This document shows, in pieces, positions 1 to 9,338 of a stretch of DNA of 64,000 nucleotides; positions within the stretch are counted from its first letter, which is position 1; each line of letters starts with the position of its first letter. The notes under the pieces were generated by a model. It made no database searches. It worked only from the letters and a program-made list of their open reading frames with translations, and was not told the origin of the DNA. Position numbers and translations under genes: made by a program. Source of the stretch: a virus; the IMG/VR virus record IMGVR_UViG_3300037520_002383, positions 18,925 through 82,924 of that record; one strand, 5' to 3'.

Positions 1-18
1 TCTGGCGGCCGCCGCAAT

Positions 19-228
19 ATGGCCACGGGATGTTGGGTGATTGCGCAGCCGCGCCTCAACCGCCATCCGCATGATCAAAACACGGGGATGGCGATCGCCA
101 TTCGTTTGCCCGAAAACTACCTGTCATTGGAAGAAGCCACGCAACAGGCGACGTTGCTTGTACGTCTACAGCCACTACTGTTGCAGATCGTCAACGACTA
201 CCAAGATTTTCGAATCAAGGACGACTAA
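19..228 (+). CDS. hypothetical protein (start uncertain)
   Basis: ORF stop overlaps the next start (TAATG). Confidence 0.4.
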   Translation: MATGCWVIAQPRLNRHPHDQNTGMAIAIRLPENYLSLEEATQQATLLVRLQPLLLQIVNDYQDFRIKDD

Positions 229-1205
229 TGAAAACCGACATGCTCCTGGCCAAAAGCGATGAACCGGGGGTCATCAATCTCGCCGTCGGCGAACCCGGCT
301 GTCTTCAAGACGCATTCAGCCTCTACGGACTATACGAATCCACCGACTTTATGCCAAAACAGTCATATCCGCCGTTGGCCGGTACACAGCCTCTGCTGGA
401 GGAGTTACGCCAACTGCACCCCCGAAGCCATATTGTAGTAGCCGTTGGCGCAAAACACGCCCTTCTCGCCGCCATCTACGCCTATCGCCTGATCAGGGCC
501 TCCGGCAACAGCCACATGACCGTTGTCCATCGCGCCCCCTACTGGCCCAGCCACAAGACGCTGGCGGAGTTCGTTGGCTGCTCCTTTGTCGCCAGCAGAC
601 CAGGCGCCGTCAACGAGATCCGCGTCAACACCAGCCCCAACAACCCCGACGGATCCATCGACCACACGCCCTGTGACATCTGGGATGCTGCCTATGCCCA
701 CGAAGTATACGGCTTTGACGCCAAGGACACGCCACTGCATGAAACCGCCGTCTACAGCGCCGCAAAGCTGTTTGGTATGTCCGGCGATCGCGTCGGCTGG
801 CTGGTTACATCCAATCCCGAAGTCGCCAGGATTGCCGCCGCCTATGTCGAGTCAACCACCAGCGGCGTCTCGATCTACAGTCAGCAGCGCGTTGCCGATG
901 TTCTGTGGCGGATCCATGAACACCCCCAGACGGCACAGGCGGCATACGAATACGCTAGTGGGCGTATGCGAGAAAACGCCTTGGATCTTGAGAATGTTTT
1001 GGATCAGGTGATCTTCTTCAACCGCGGCATGTTTGCGTGGCTCAAGGTCGACGAGGCCCTGCGTCGTCGCTTCGCCGCCGCCAAGGTCCGCTACCTGCCC
1101 GGCGAGGCCTGCGGCAAGCGGGGGTGGGCGCGCATCAACCTCGGCGCCAGCGATTTTATCTTCGATGCCGCTATCGTGAAGTTGACCAAGACACAAATGG
1201 CTTGA
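228..1205 (+). CDS. PLP-dependent aminotransferase, class I/II fold
   Basis: VINLAVGEP, SPNNPDG, DAAY, SAAKLFGMSGDRVGW (PLP lysine), RINLG motifs. Confidence 0.85.
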   Translation: MKTDMLLAKSDEPGVINLAVGEPGCLQDAFSLYGLYESTDFMPKQSYPPLAGTQPLLEELRQLHPRSHIVVAVGAKHALLAAIYAYRLIRASGNSHMTVVHRAPYWPSHKTLAEFVGCSFVASRPGAVNEIRVNTSPNNPDGSIDHTPCDIWDAAYAHEVYGFDAKDTPLHETAVYSAAKLFGMSGDRVGWLVTSNPEVARIAAAYVESTTSGVSIYSQQRVADVLWRIHEHPQTAQAAYEYASGRMRENALDLENVLDQVIFFNRGMFAWLKVDEALRRRFAAAKVRYLPGEACGKRGWARINLGASDFIFDAAIVKLTKTQMA

Positions 1206-1237
1206 CGACCGCCGCAGTCTCCTGTAGGCTGCGTGAC
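1202..1237 (+). promoter_or_regulatory. sigma70-like early promoter, leaderless
   Basis: TTGACG-17-TAGGCT-7nt-ATG(1238). Confidence 0.75.
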
Positions 1238-1486
1238 ATGAACACCACCAAGACCCTCGCCATCACCCAGTTCATTAGCGGCATCAAGGCCGAGGCCGTC
1301 CGTCGCATCCACGACGGCGCCATCGCCCTCATCGTCACGCGCCCCGCCGGCAACGGCATGGTTGACATTCATCAGGTGCCGTTCATGTCCGCCGACAGGG
1401 GAATGCAGGCCTACTACGATCTCGTCCAGTCCATCCGCAAGATGGAAGACGAGTTGATGCTGAGCAAGCGTCCGGAGGTTGTGTGA
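1238..1486 (+). CDS. hypothetical protein (MNTTKTLAITQ...)
   Basis: start reassigned from the promoter; coupled to next ORF. Confidence 0.7.
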   Translation: MNTTKTLAITQFISGIKAEAVRRIHDGAIALIVTRPAGNGMVDIHQVPFMSADRGMQAYYDLVQSIRKMEDELMLSKRPEVV

Positions 1487-1725
1487 AGAGAGTCGGCCAC
1501 TGCTTCATTGACAGCCGTGACGGCATCCGTCGCAACGAATACGAAATCCTGCGCGGAATCTACGGAGGGCTCTTCATTCGCTACATCGGCTACCGCCAAG
1601 GCGATCTGATTGTTGGGTTGCCACTCGCCGGCCCCAACGCCGCCCATATGCAGGTATTGCTTCATTATGAAGAACACCGCGGTCTGTTGTCTGATATCAC
1701 ATTTTTCGAAGAGGAAAAGCCATGA
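1483..1725 (+). CDS. hypothetical protein
   Basis: GTGA/ATGA coupling, SD GGAGG. Confidence 0.6.
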   Translation: MKRVGHCFIDSRDGIRRNEYEILRGIYGGLFIRYIGYRQGDLIVGLPLAGPNAAHMQVLLHYEEHRGLLSDITFFEEEKP

Positions 1726-2189
1726 CGCAAGCGCAAGTTGATACTTTCAAGATCATCAAGGATGAAATCAATCTGCAGTCGGTTATTGCCGTCGTAGATC
1801 GATATCCAGAGGGTATTACACAGCGACAGGTTTTTGAAGTCATCTATCGAGGGCGGCCGTTGATGGCCACAGAGATCGGCGCCCTGTACCAGCTGGTGTC
1901 TCGCAATCTCTCGCTGGCGGCCAAAGAAGGGTTCTTGGACGACAGCGAGAGTATCCGCGTTGGCCGTGGGCGGCGCACTCTTTATCGTGTACCGGCTCAG
2001 CCGCTGCCGCCGCGAAAGACGAAGACGCAGAAGCTGCGGGAAGAAAACCTGAGACTTCAGCTCATCATTCAGCAGATGCGAGAGGATCAAGAAAAACAGC
2101 TGCTGAATCTCAAGGCAACGGCTGTAGAACTCGAATCCCTGTCCCGCAGCCTCAACACCATCAACTTCAACACCGCCTACGACGGATGA
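1722..2189 (+). CDS. putative winged-helix DNA-binding protein with C-terminal coiled coil
   Basis: PEGITQRQVFE...VSRNLSL..KEGFL..GRGRRTLYRV; heptad tail. Confidence 0.45.
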   Translation: MTQAQVDTFKIIKDEINLQSVIAVVDRYPEGITQRQVFEVIYRGRPLMATEIGALYQLVSRNLSLAAKEGFLDDSESIRVGRGRRTLYRVPAQPLPPRKTKTQKLREENLRLQLIIQQMREDQEKQLLNLKATAVELESLSRSLNTINFNTAYDG

Positions 2190-2377
2190 GGCACGCCATG
2201 TTTCTGAATCCCGATCTCTGCGAGATTCTTCGACCCTTCACTTTCACTGACGTCTTCGCGGGTTGCCGCGAACTGACGCAAATGACCGAAGCCTATGACG
2301 TTGAAACGGGCCTGGGCGATGCCATTATAAATGGCGCCGCTGCCGTCATCTGCCCCGAAGACGTCTGCCCGGCTTGA
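2186..2377 (+). CDS. hypothetical protein
   Basis: ATGA coupling, followed by hairpin. Confidence 0.5.
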   Translation: MRHAMFLNPDLCEILRPFTFTDVFAGCRELTQMTEAYDVETGLGDAIINGAAAVICPEDVCPA

Positions 2378-2385
2378 GTTTCACT

Positions 2386-2429
2386 AAATGCGGCAGTTGC
2401 ACACTACAGTCAACTGCCGCATTTTATTC
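2386..2429 (+). terminator. intrinsic terminator-like hairpin
   Basis: AAATGCGGCAGTTG / CAACTGCCGCATTT, 14-bp arms, T-rich tail. Confidence 0.65.
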
Positions 2430-2440
2430 AACTCGCCCTC

Positions 2441-2470
2441 TTGACAGCCGCCTACGTCGCGTTTTAGGAT
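2441..2470 (+). promoter_or_regulatory. early promoter (leadered)
   Basis: TTGACA-18-TAGGAT, SD AAGGAG before ATG 2490. Confidence 0.65.
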
Positions 2471-2489
2471 GACGAGCAAGGAGACGACC

Positions 2490-2912
2490 ATGAACAAGAT
2501 CACTACCTGCCTGCCTCTGAACGACAACAACGGCAATAGCGTCATCAACGCCGTCAATACCGTTACCGATACCTTTGGCGCCATTGCGCAACAACTGACG
2601 GGCTTGCCGGGGAATGGGCTGTGGCGGAATCAAGCAGGGGTCGTGTTCAGTGACCCCGTGTTGGTGCTTACCGCCGTATTGCCCGAGGCAGCTGATGTCA
2701 ATCAAGCCCGAGCCTTGGCGGAGGCCGCACTTCTTCGCTATAAGGCAGAAGCGGCTCAGGAATCGGTAGTCATGGCCATCAACGACGATGGCATCTCCGG
2801 TGCCGTCGATGATTTACTGGCGGCGCACGGAGGCTGCACGCAGGTGACCATGGATGCAGAAGGCAATGACGTCGACATCGCCTTCTCCTTCAGCGCCCCC
2901 ATTTTCCTCTAG
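2490..2912 (+). CDS. putative SAM-lyase/PII-like (DUF3574-like) protein
   Basis: LPLNDNNG...GLWRNQAG..SDPV...YK..AAQESV pattern. Confidence 0.4.
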   Translation: MNKITTCLPLNDNNGNSVINAVNTVTDTFGAIAQQLTGLPGNGLWRNQAGVVFSDPVLVLTAVLPEAADVNQARALAEAALLRYKAEAAQESVVMAINDDGISGAVDDLLAAHGGCTQVTMDAEGNDVDIAFSFSAPIFL

Positions 2913-4897
2913 TCTTCGTTTCTTTCGACGGTCACGCCGTCATACACCCTGAAGCCAACGGCGTCGGCATCCTCCGGCGCCTTGTCTTTGGGCTCTTCGT
3001 GTTGCGGACCACCGCTAGCCAGATATGTATCGCTGCCCATGCCAAACTTCCAGCCCGGCCTATCGTCCTCTAAAATCACTTCGGGAGTATCAATCATATA
3101 CACATTGTCGTAGCTACCGACGTCATCAGACGCCGTGCTGATGCCGCTCGATACCAATAGCTCAGTGGTAAATGATCTCATTCCAACGCCCTGAATGCCA
3201 CCTGAGTGATTGATCTGTTCGATGTGATAGATGCCGCCATCATACTCAATATTTGACCCCACACAGATGGGTTCTTGGATTCCCGTGAGCGTCAGGGATC
3301 CACTGAATCGTAGGTGTTGGGTTGTCACGAGATCGGCCATCAATGCAGTATAGTAGCCGGCTGGAGAATGGTCCAACCTAGCGAAGTTGGCGACATTCAT
3401 GTTCGTGCTCAGGCCCTTAGTGTATACGCTCAGGCCGTTGCGTTCAATGTCCTTGCGATCGACAAACGGCGGCGCCAAAACATACAGGGCGTTTTCATTC
3501 ATGTATGCGGAGTTGGAGGCTAAGGTAATGTCGGTTGCCGGCAAATGAATGTAGTTGAAGCGCACGGCGTCGCTTGATCCCAGGTTTTCCGTCTCCACAA
3601 GTTTCGGAGAAATCACCCATCGCGGCAAATCGACGAAAGCCGTCTGTCCGGTCTTGATGTTGGTGCCGGCAGTGGAGTTGTGATTGTCAAAGTATCGGCT
3701 GCTGAAGGGGGACTGTCGTGCAACGATCGTGGGGCGCACACAGCCATCAGACCCAACGTGCAAAGTCGTGTAAATCTCATTGATGGGCGCATTGAGATAG
3801 GTGCCGAGTATCCGCCAGATCGGGGCCTCATTGAAGTCCAGCGCCTGAGGCACATAGAGCCCCTCCAGGAAGTTGTCGTCGCCGACCACCGGCACCAGCC
3901 CGCTTTCAGCCGGCACTACACCGGCTTGGCGCCGTACTACATTGTCGTTTGCGTAACTCTGCAGGCCAATGAAGGCATGGGAGATGTCGCTGAAGTTGTA
4001 GCCCTCGGGCGACTTGACGCCATTCAGCAAAACGCCGACCGTCTGCGGCACGGCTACGCGCACGCCGCCCGTGGGGCTGGCTGTGGCGATTTGGTTTTCG
4101 GTGGGGGTGCTGGGTCGTAGACCAAACGTCCACTTCTCTCCCAACCCCCGCCCCAAACAGGCATTGAGCAGTGTCGCCACGGCCTTACCGGCGGGGATCG
4201 CTCCCTGACCGCCGGCCAAAATAAAATCATTGACCCCAGAAGCATCTAGGATGAACTGCAGGTCGTTCTGACCATAGGCGCCGCGGAAGGCGGGATTGAA
4301 ATGCACCTTGTAGGCAACTTCCCGGAAGGAAATGGCCGAGATCGCGTATTGGCTGGTGACGATGCCGCTATCGGGACGGCGCGATCGATATCGGCGAACC
4401 GACGCAACGCGGCCCACAAACTTCAAACCGTCGTGAAAGGAGTTGCAGGCGTTCTTTTGCTTATTCAAGCCATCAAAAGACATGGCATCATTCAGCACCG
4501 CATCTCGATCCTTGACTTGACGCAGAATACTGCGAATGCGAATGTAGTCTTCGCGGTTATCGAAGGCCCAAAACATAATCCAATCGCCACCCGCGACCTT
4601 GCGGCGCCAATCTATGCCGGTATTGGATAACGACATCGTCAGGGTACCCTGAGGATTGGTTTTGGAGTGCGACGTCGACCACTGAAAGATTTCATGCTCC
4701 CAAAGTATCTTGGGGCCTTCTCTCATACCATCGATCGATGGCAATGAAATATCCTGCTTGTAGGCACTGTTCTGGTCCAGAATCCGCATGCGGTCTGCCG
4801 TGACGCGATAAAAGAAGGGGACCACCAGAGCCAGCCAATAGGGGGTGATCTGATGGCTGTCGCCGGAGTTGGGTTCGAGGACGTAACGGAAGGCCAT
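2909..4897 (-). CDS. baseplate hub-like virion protein
   Basis: GDWIMFW, GLKFVGRVASVRR, NEIYTTL, C-terminal SGSLTLTG..ICVG...YHIEQINH; start reassigned to MAFRYVLEP. Confidence 0.6.
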   Translation of the reverse strand: MAFRYVLEPNSGDSHQITPYWLALVVPFFYRVTADRMRILDQNSAYKQDISLPSIDGMREGPKILWEHEIFQWSTSHSKTNPQGTLTMSLSNTGIDWRRKVAGGDWIMFWAFDNREDYIRIRSILRQVKDRDAVLNDAMSFDGLNKQKNACNSFHDGLKFVGRVASVRRYRSRRPDSGIVTSQYAISAISFREVAYKVHFNPAFRGAYGQNDLQFILDASGVNDFILAGGQGAIPAGKAVATLLNACLGRGLGEKWTFGLRPSTPTENQIATASPTGGVRVAVPQTVGVLLNGVKSPEGYNFSDISHAFIGLQSYANDNVVRRQAGVVPAESGLVPVVGDDNFLEGLYVPQALDFNEAPIWRILGTYLNAPINEIYTTLHVGSDGCVRPTIVARQSPFSSRYFDNHNSTAGTNIKTGQTAFVDLPRWVISPKLVETENLGSSDAVRFNYIHLPATDITLASNSAYMNENALYVLAPPFVDRKDIERNGLSVYTKGLSTNMNVANFARLDHSPAGYYTALMADLVTTQHLRFSGSLTLTGIQEPICVGSNIEYDGGIYHIEQINHSGGIQGVGMRSFTTELLVSSGISTASDDVGSYDNVYMIDTPEVILEDDRPGWKFGMGSDTYLASGGPQHEEPKDKAPEDADAVGFRVYDGVTVERNED

Positions 4898-4975
4898 TGG
4901 CGGACTCGCGGCAAGAGAAAAAGGAGCTGGGTTGAGAAGGTTTTGCCCCTTGACCTCATAGCCGGGGCCTGCTAC

Positions 4976-4981
4976 AAGATT
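4976..4981 (-). promoter_or_regulatory. putative late promoter AATCTT
   Basis: motif repeated upstream of - strand virion units. Confidence 0.5.
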
Positions 4982-5024
4982 GCAGGTCGCGGGTCTTCTG
5001 CTACCAATCGAGGGAGTGAGTATC

Positions 5025-5423
5025 ATGACAAACACGAAACCGCATGTGACTGACATCTGGTTCACGCAGCATTGCCAAGAACGACTGCGTAGCCGCTATC
5101 CGCGCGCCGGCATCCGCGGTGCCCAGTCGATTTACGAGGAGGGGCTGGTGCTGAGCGCCGAGCAGGCCCACACGCTGATGGTACGACACCCTGCGTCAAT
5201 GGAAGGACGCCAAATCAAGTATGTAATCGATGCCGGACTCACGGGTGTCTTTGTTCTCGTAGCAAAATACGGAGAGCTGGAGGGCATGCTGCCCTATAGT
5301 GCCGTTACCTTCAAGCGCCTGACCGTGGATCAGAGCCAGCTGGCTAGTCAGATTTTGGGAGTAGAGCCGCGGCAACCGCGTGTTGGTCGCCAGACCTCAG
5401 CCTACGAACAACACGTTGCCTGA
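5025..5423 (+). CDS. hypothetical protein, possible BECR/RelE-like RNase fold
   Basis: FTQHCQERLRSR N-terminus and C-terminal AVTF strand; SD GGGAG. Confidence 0.35.
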   Translation: MTNTKPHVTDIWFTQHCQERLRSRYPRAGIRGAQSIYEEGLVLSAEQAHTLMVRHPASMEGRQIKYVIDAGLTGVFVLVAKYGELEGMLPYSAVTFKRLTVDQSQLASQILGVEPRQPRVGRQTSAYEQHVA

Positions 5424-5432
5424 GGAGCCGCC

Positions 5433-5948
5433 ATGCCCCAACCGCGTCCCCGACGTCGCCGCAAGGGCGAGGAAACCTACTACCTGACCGTTACCAGAAA
5501 GCAGGCGCAGGTCATCCAGCAGGCCTGCGAGGTCATCATGCGGTTGGGGCTGGGTCAGCTGGACTACATCACTGATCACATCCACCACCTGCCGCGGCTG
5601 AAGACGCCGAAGCAGCCGCATGACGAGGCACAGATGCAGGAGTGGTATGCGGCTAACCGCCGCGTCCGCGACCTGTTGGATGCCGTAACCTTTGCCGCCA
5701 GTGGATGGCAACCCGGCACCAGTTACGGCATCGGCAGCCCCGAACTGCCACCTGAAGCCACCATCGCCGCCGACATCCGCGACGTCATCCGCCACCGACT
5801 GGCACACGACCGACTGCAGCCGGGCGAGAAACGTGGCTGGACGGTCGATTTCGATGACCCCATGCACTGGGGCGTCGAGCCGCTACTTGACATCCGCAGA
5901 CCCAAGACGAGGAAAAAGACCAGTGAAGAAAAAACAAAGCCATCGTGA
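5433..5948 (+). CDS. hypothetical protein
   Basis: SD GAGGAG, operon context. Confidence 0.65.
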   Translation: MPQPRPRRRRKGEETYYLTVTRKQAQVIQQACEVIMRLGLGQLDYITDHIHHLPRLKTPKQPHDEAQMQEWYAANRRVRDLLDAVTFAASGWQPGTSYGIGSPELPPEATIAADIRDVIRHRLAHDRLQPGEKRGWTVDFDDPMHWGVEPLLDIRRPKTRKKTSEEKTKPS

Positions 5949-6147
5949 AAAGTGTTTGGAAGCCGCTCAGGTCATCCGCGCCAAGAGGTATCCGGGAGTG
6001 CTGGACTTTGAGGCCCTTGAGGGGCTGAGCGCCGCCCGCACCCTCATCGCCCTCCTCGGCGTCATCGAGAAGCAGGGCGTTGAGATCAAGCGCCTGCAGC
6101 GTCAAATGGCGTCGATGGACAATCGCAAAAAGGCCAAGAAGACATGA
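5923..6147 (+). CDS. hypothetical protein (EIKRL coiled coil)
   Basis: GTG start after GAGGA; ATGA coupling. Confidence 0.55.
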   Translation: MKKKQSHREKCLEAAQVIRAKRYPGVLDFEALEGLSAARTLIALLGVIEKQGVEIKRLQRQMASMDNRKKAKKT

Positions 6148-6548
6148 GTGGCATCCCTGACCCCTACCTCGTCCATCTTACGTTATCCGTTGTTCGCGTA
6201 GACCTACGCGGCATAACGCCGCAGGGCCTAGAAGCCTTTCTGAAGAGCCACGACTGGAAAGCCGAGGAACCAGAACGGAGGCTGTGGTGGGGTCTTGACG
6301 GCTCCCCCACCGGTGCCTTCCGTGTCTGGACCAAGGGCCAATGGGAGGTCATGGTGCCGCTGCGGTCATCTCATACCGACTATTGCCGCCGTGTCCATGA
6401 GGTGCTGTTACGCATAGCTCAGGCCATGAATGTGACCGCAGGGCAAGTTTACTTTGACACGCTGATACAGCACATGAGCGACACGGCAAAGGAAGATGAC
6501 TATGAATCACCGATGGTGGGAACTAATGGAAGCAATCAAAGACACTGA
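6144..6548 (+). CDS. hypothetical protein, HicA-like fold possible
   Basis: LEAFLKSHDW...EVMVP...DY pattern. Confidence 0.4.
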   Translation: MSGIPDPYLVHLTLSVVRVDLRGITPQGLEAFLKSHDWKAEEPERRLWWGLDGSPTGAFRVWTKGQWEVMVPLRSSHTDYCRRVHEVLLRIAQAMNVTAGQVYFDTLIQHMSDTAKEDDYESPMVGTNGSNQRH

Positions 6549-6870
6549 ACTGCCTCATGGCGCACTGGCATCGGCGACGGTTTATCGGCCGCAAAAGAAA
6601 GCCATCAATCGTGAGTCAGTAGCCCTCATCGCCTATGTGGCGGCGAAGGCGGCGGGGGAAGCGGGGCTGACGCGCACCGAGTTCATCGATCTCTGTAATG
6701 ACGAGTTCAGCAAGGCCGTTCCGCCGCCACCGCCGCCGAAGCCGTCTGAAGACAAGGATTTCAGCGAGGCCGACATCGTCAAGGCTCTCAGCGGCATGAT
6801 GGCGCCGGCCGTAGCCAAGGCCGTCGTGTCGCGCCTGAAGAACAAAGAGGCGAAGGGAGCCGACAAGTGA
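6496..6870 (+). CDS. hypothetical protein
   Basis: operon coupling; C-terminal helical RuvA-C-like stretch. Confidence 0.55.
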   Translation: MTMNHRWWELMEAIKDTELPHGALASATVYRPQKKAINRESVALIAYVAAKAAGEAGLTRTEFIDLCNDEFSKAVPPPPPPKPSEDKDFSEADIVKALSGMMAPAVAKAVVSRLKNKEAKGADK

Positions 6871-7157
6871 CGTACCCCGTCGACACCGAGGCGCCCTTGG
6901 ATAAGACGCTGGAGCTGGAGGCAATCGCCAAGGACCACGCCAATGCCCTTGCCCTTTGCCCTCCGGGGCTGCTGAAGGCCTACGGCGCCTCGGTGTCGCC
7001 GCTTTCTGATGCCGTGGCGGCCATGGCCGAGGTCCACAGACACCACCGGGAGTGGTCGGTGAATAAAGAACGCCGCCACGCCGCTGAGAAGCAGCTGCTG
7101 CGGGAAGAGATCGCGGTGCTGAAGAAGATGCTTGACGAAGCCAGTGGTGGCCGATAG
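6867..7157 (+). CDS. hypothetical protein
   Basis: GTGA coupling; stop TAG lies in the -10 box of the next promoter. Confidence 0.6.
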   Translation: MTYPVDTEAPLDKTLELEAIAKDHANALALCPPGLLKAYGASVSPLSDAVAAMAEVHRHHREWSVNKERRHAAEKQLLREEIAVLKKMLDEASGGR

Positions 7158-7166
7158 AGTGGGCGC
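7132..7166 (+). promoter_or_regulatory. early promoter, leaderless
   Basis: TTGACG-17-TAGAGT-6nt-ATG(7167). Confidence 0.7.
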
Positions 7167-7577
7167 ATGAACAACACCGCCGCCAAGAAAGTCGCCGTCA
7201 CCGTCGTCACCAAGGGCATGTTCGGCATCCGCGTCACCGAGGGCTGGCTGCTGGACCACGGCACCCGCAAGTGGGCGCAGTACGACGCCGCGCCGTTCGT
7301 GATCTTCGTCCCCAAGGGCAAGCGCAAGGCCGTTAGCTTCATCGAAGGCTATAACCCCTACATCGTGATCCTCGCCGGCCACAACCTCGGCCTTCAGAAG
7401 GCCGTTGACGACCAGTTCGTGACTGAAGCCGGCGCCACTGCTGGTGTCGTTGTCAGCCGTAGCCGCTACCTGTCTTGTGACCCCCGCTATTCGACCGACT
7501 TCAACGCCGCCTTGGCGGCTCGCAGCGACCTGACGGTCATCGCCGACTACCGCCGAGAGAAGCGGCTGGCGGCCTGA
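7167..7577 (+). CDS. hypothetical protein
   Basis: leaderless start, strong GC3 bias. Confidence 0.75.
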   Translation: MNNTAAKKVAVTVVTKGMFGIRVTEGWLLDHGTRKWAQYDAAPFVIFVPKGKRKAVSFIEGYNPYIVILAGHNLGLQKAVDDQFVTEAGATAGVVVSRSRYLSCDPRYSTDFNAALAARSDLTVIADYRREKRLAA

Positions 7578-7664
7578 CTCTCAACTTAGCCCCCTACGGC
7601 AGCCGCTTGTTTAGGCGGCGAGCGGCTGCCGAGAATCCCCATACCGCCACTAGGAAGATGATCC

Positions 7665-7913
7665 ATGTCCAAGAAGAAGCTTGCTGTCGCCATTTTTGTT
7701 GTCTCCTCTGCCCTCGTCGCCCTCTTGTTCGCCTCCAAGGCCACGGAGCCTCAGGCGGCGGAGGCGGCCCCGGCAACGGCAGCCGTGACGCCAGTGGTCG
7801 ACGGCGGCCCGGCGATTGTCGCCGAGGGCGAAGGTGACCCGAAGCCCATGGAGGCTGCGGCTACTACGGCCGCGGCAACAGAGGCTGCGGCTACGACGAA
7901 TACACAAAAGTAA
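7665..7913 (+). CDS. small exported/membrane protein, Ala/Thr-rich
   Basis: MSKKK + hydrophobic stretch. Confidence 0.6.
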   Translation: MSKKKLAVAIFVVSSALVALLFASKATEPQAAEAAPATAAVTPVVDGGPAIVAEGEGDPKPMEAAATTAAATEAAATTNTQK

Positions 7914-7935
7914 ACTCTAAGTTTACTTTTGTGTA
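7901..7935. repeat. perfect 16-bp AT-rich inverted repeat
   Basis: TACACAAAAGTAAACT-cta-AGTTTACTTTTGTGTA. Confidence 0.85.
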
Positions 7936-7943
7936 AGCAATCG

Positions 7944-7973
7944 GGGGCGCCGCAAGTCGGCGCCCCTTATTTT
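7944..7973 (+). terminator. intrinsic terminator
   Basis: GGGGCGCCG-caagt-CGGCGCCCC-TTATTTT. Confidence 0.8.
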
Positions 7974-7977
7974 ACCC

Positions 7978-8014
7978 TTGACACAGGCACCGGTTTCTGA
8001 CTAGGATGACGCCC
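7978..8014 (+). promoter_or_regulatory. early promoter, leaderless
   Basis: TTGACA-18-TAGGAT-7nt-ATG(8015). Confidence 0.65.
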
Positions 8015-8404
8015 ATGAATCCTCCGTTGTTTGTCAATCATCCCCAGCCCCTGACGCGCCTGCAGTATGCAGCCTGGCGTCGAGTCATCGATGGCCTCAA
8101 AGACATCCCCTGTCTCCTGATTCAGAGCAGCATGGGGGCTTATGGGCGACTGTACATCAGCGTTGCCGTTGGGCAAGACGCAGTTCACGTTCCTGACTTC
8201 AACACCAACGAGAGCCTGCAGGAGGGTACCGGCGTCTATCTCTTCTGGATCGGGCCGCGGGGCGCCGTCGAAAGCAACCGCTGGGGCTTTTTATTGGATG
8301 ACGCCCTGGGTCTGAAGGCCGAGGAGTATTTCTGCGCCTGCTTAGATGACATCGCGCAGACGGCCACGGAACTGTATCATCGACTCAAGGAGATTGCACA
8401 ATGA
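8015..8404 (+). CDS. hypothetical protein
   Basis: promoter-defined start. Confidence 0.6.
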   Translation: MNPPLFVNHPQPLTRLQYAAWRRVIDGLKDIPCLLIQSSMGAYGRLYISVAVGQDAVHVPDFNTNESLQEGTGVYLFWIGPRGAVESNRWGFLLDDALGLKAEEYFCACLDDIAQTATELYHRLKEIAQ

Positions 8405-8718
8405 CTAAGGCTGCAAATATCTGGACAGAAGCATATGAATCGGCGCGATCCGTGATGACTATCGATCGCGCTCTGGAGCGCGCAGACGCCGTCCTGTTGC
8501 ATCGCCTCAATCTGAGTCTGCAGTTCAGGGAGGAAAGCGGCTGTAGACTGCTAGTGACGCTGCGTCTACCCGATGACCGCATCATCACCCACGCCTGCGT
8601 TGGCTATCTGACGCCCACGATTCGCGTGCGAGTCACCAAGGCTATTTTGAGGCTAGTAACGCCAGCGGTTTTGGCTGCCGCAATCCCTACAGCCAGCGAA
8701 ACGGGGAGTGGGGAATGA
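8401..8718 (+). CDS. hypothetical protein
   Basis: SD AAGGAG, operon coupling. Confidence 0.6.
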   Translation: MTKAANIWTEAYESARSVMTIDRALERADAVLLHRLNLSLQFREESGCRLLVTLRLPDDRIITHACVGYLTPTIRVRVTKAILRLVTPAVLAAAIPTASETGSGE

Positions 8719-9314
8719 CCAACTCAAAGCCTCTGAGATTGATGATTTACGATGCCACCGATCGCAAGGGCCTTACTCAGGCCTGGTTCTTGGGCGGCGC
8801 CTTGTATGAGGCCCTTCGGCGACTCGATACCTGCGCTGGCTTTGCGCGATGGGAAGACGCCCTGTCTTGGATCAATACGCAGGCCGAGCAAACGGGCCGT
8901 AAGATTGGTCAAATCCAATACTGGGGACACGGTAATCGGGGACTGGTGGCCATGAACGGCGCCGGCCTCAACGCCCATGCCTGCAGCCATCCCTACTGGG
9001 GCGGCTTCTTTCGCGACATCAAACGCCATCTCACCCCAGACTCCCTGCTATGGTTTCGCACCTGTGCGACGTTTGGCGGCGCCGCGGGCCAGCGGTTTGC
9101 CCGCAACTGGAGCAACGCTTTGGGCTGTCGCGTTGCCGGCCACACCCACATCATCGGCCCCCTACAGTCGGGCCTGCACTCCCTGGCCCCCGGTGACGAC
9201 TTCAGCTGGAGTCAGCAAGAGGGCTTAGATGGCCGGGACGGAGTCGCCGCCAGCAGCCCCTGGGCTCCCAACACCATCACCTGCCTGCATGGAAGCGTTC
9301 CCGCCGGCTGGTGA
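8715..9314 (+). CDS. caspase/CPD-fold (DUF4347/C80-like) putative cysteine peptidase
   Basis: IQYWGHG ... LWFRTCATFGG His-Cys dyad spacing. Confidence 0.5.
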   Translation: MTNSKPLRLMIYDATDRKGLTQAWFLGGALYEALRRLDTCAGFARWEDALSWINTQAEQTGRKIGQIQYWGHGNRGLVAMNGAGLNAHACSHPYWGGFFRDIKRHLTPDSLLWFRTCATFGGAAGQRFARNWSNALGCRVAGHTHIIGPLQSGLHSLAPGDDFSWSQQEGLDGRDGVAASSPWAPNTITCLHGSVPAGW

Positions 9315-9338
9315 CGCGACGAAGACTAAGGAGAATCT

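Noticed and set aside
228-265. LAKSD at the aminotransferase N-terminus as a cargo cleavage site
   Set aside because: Single occurrence in an early-region gene; compatible with chance
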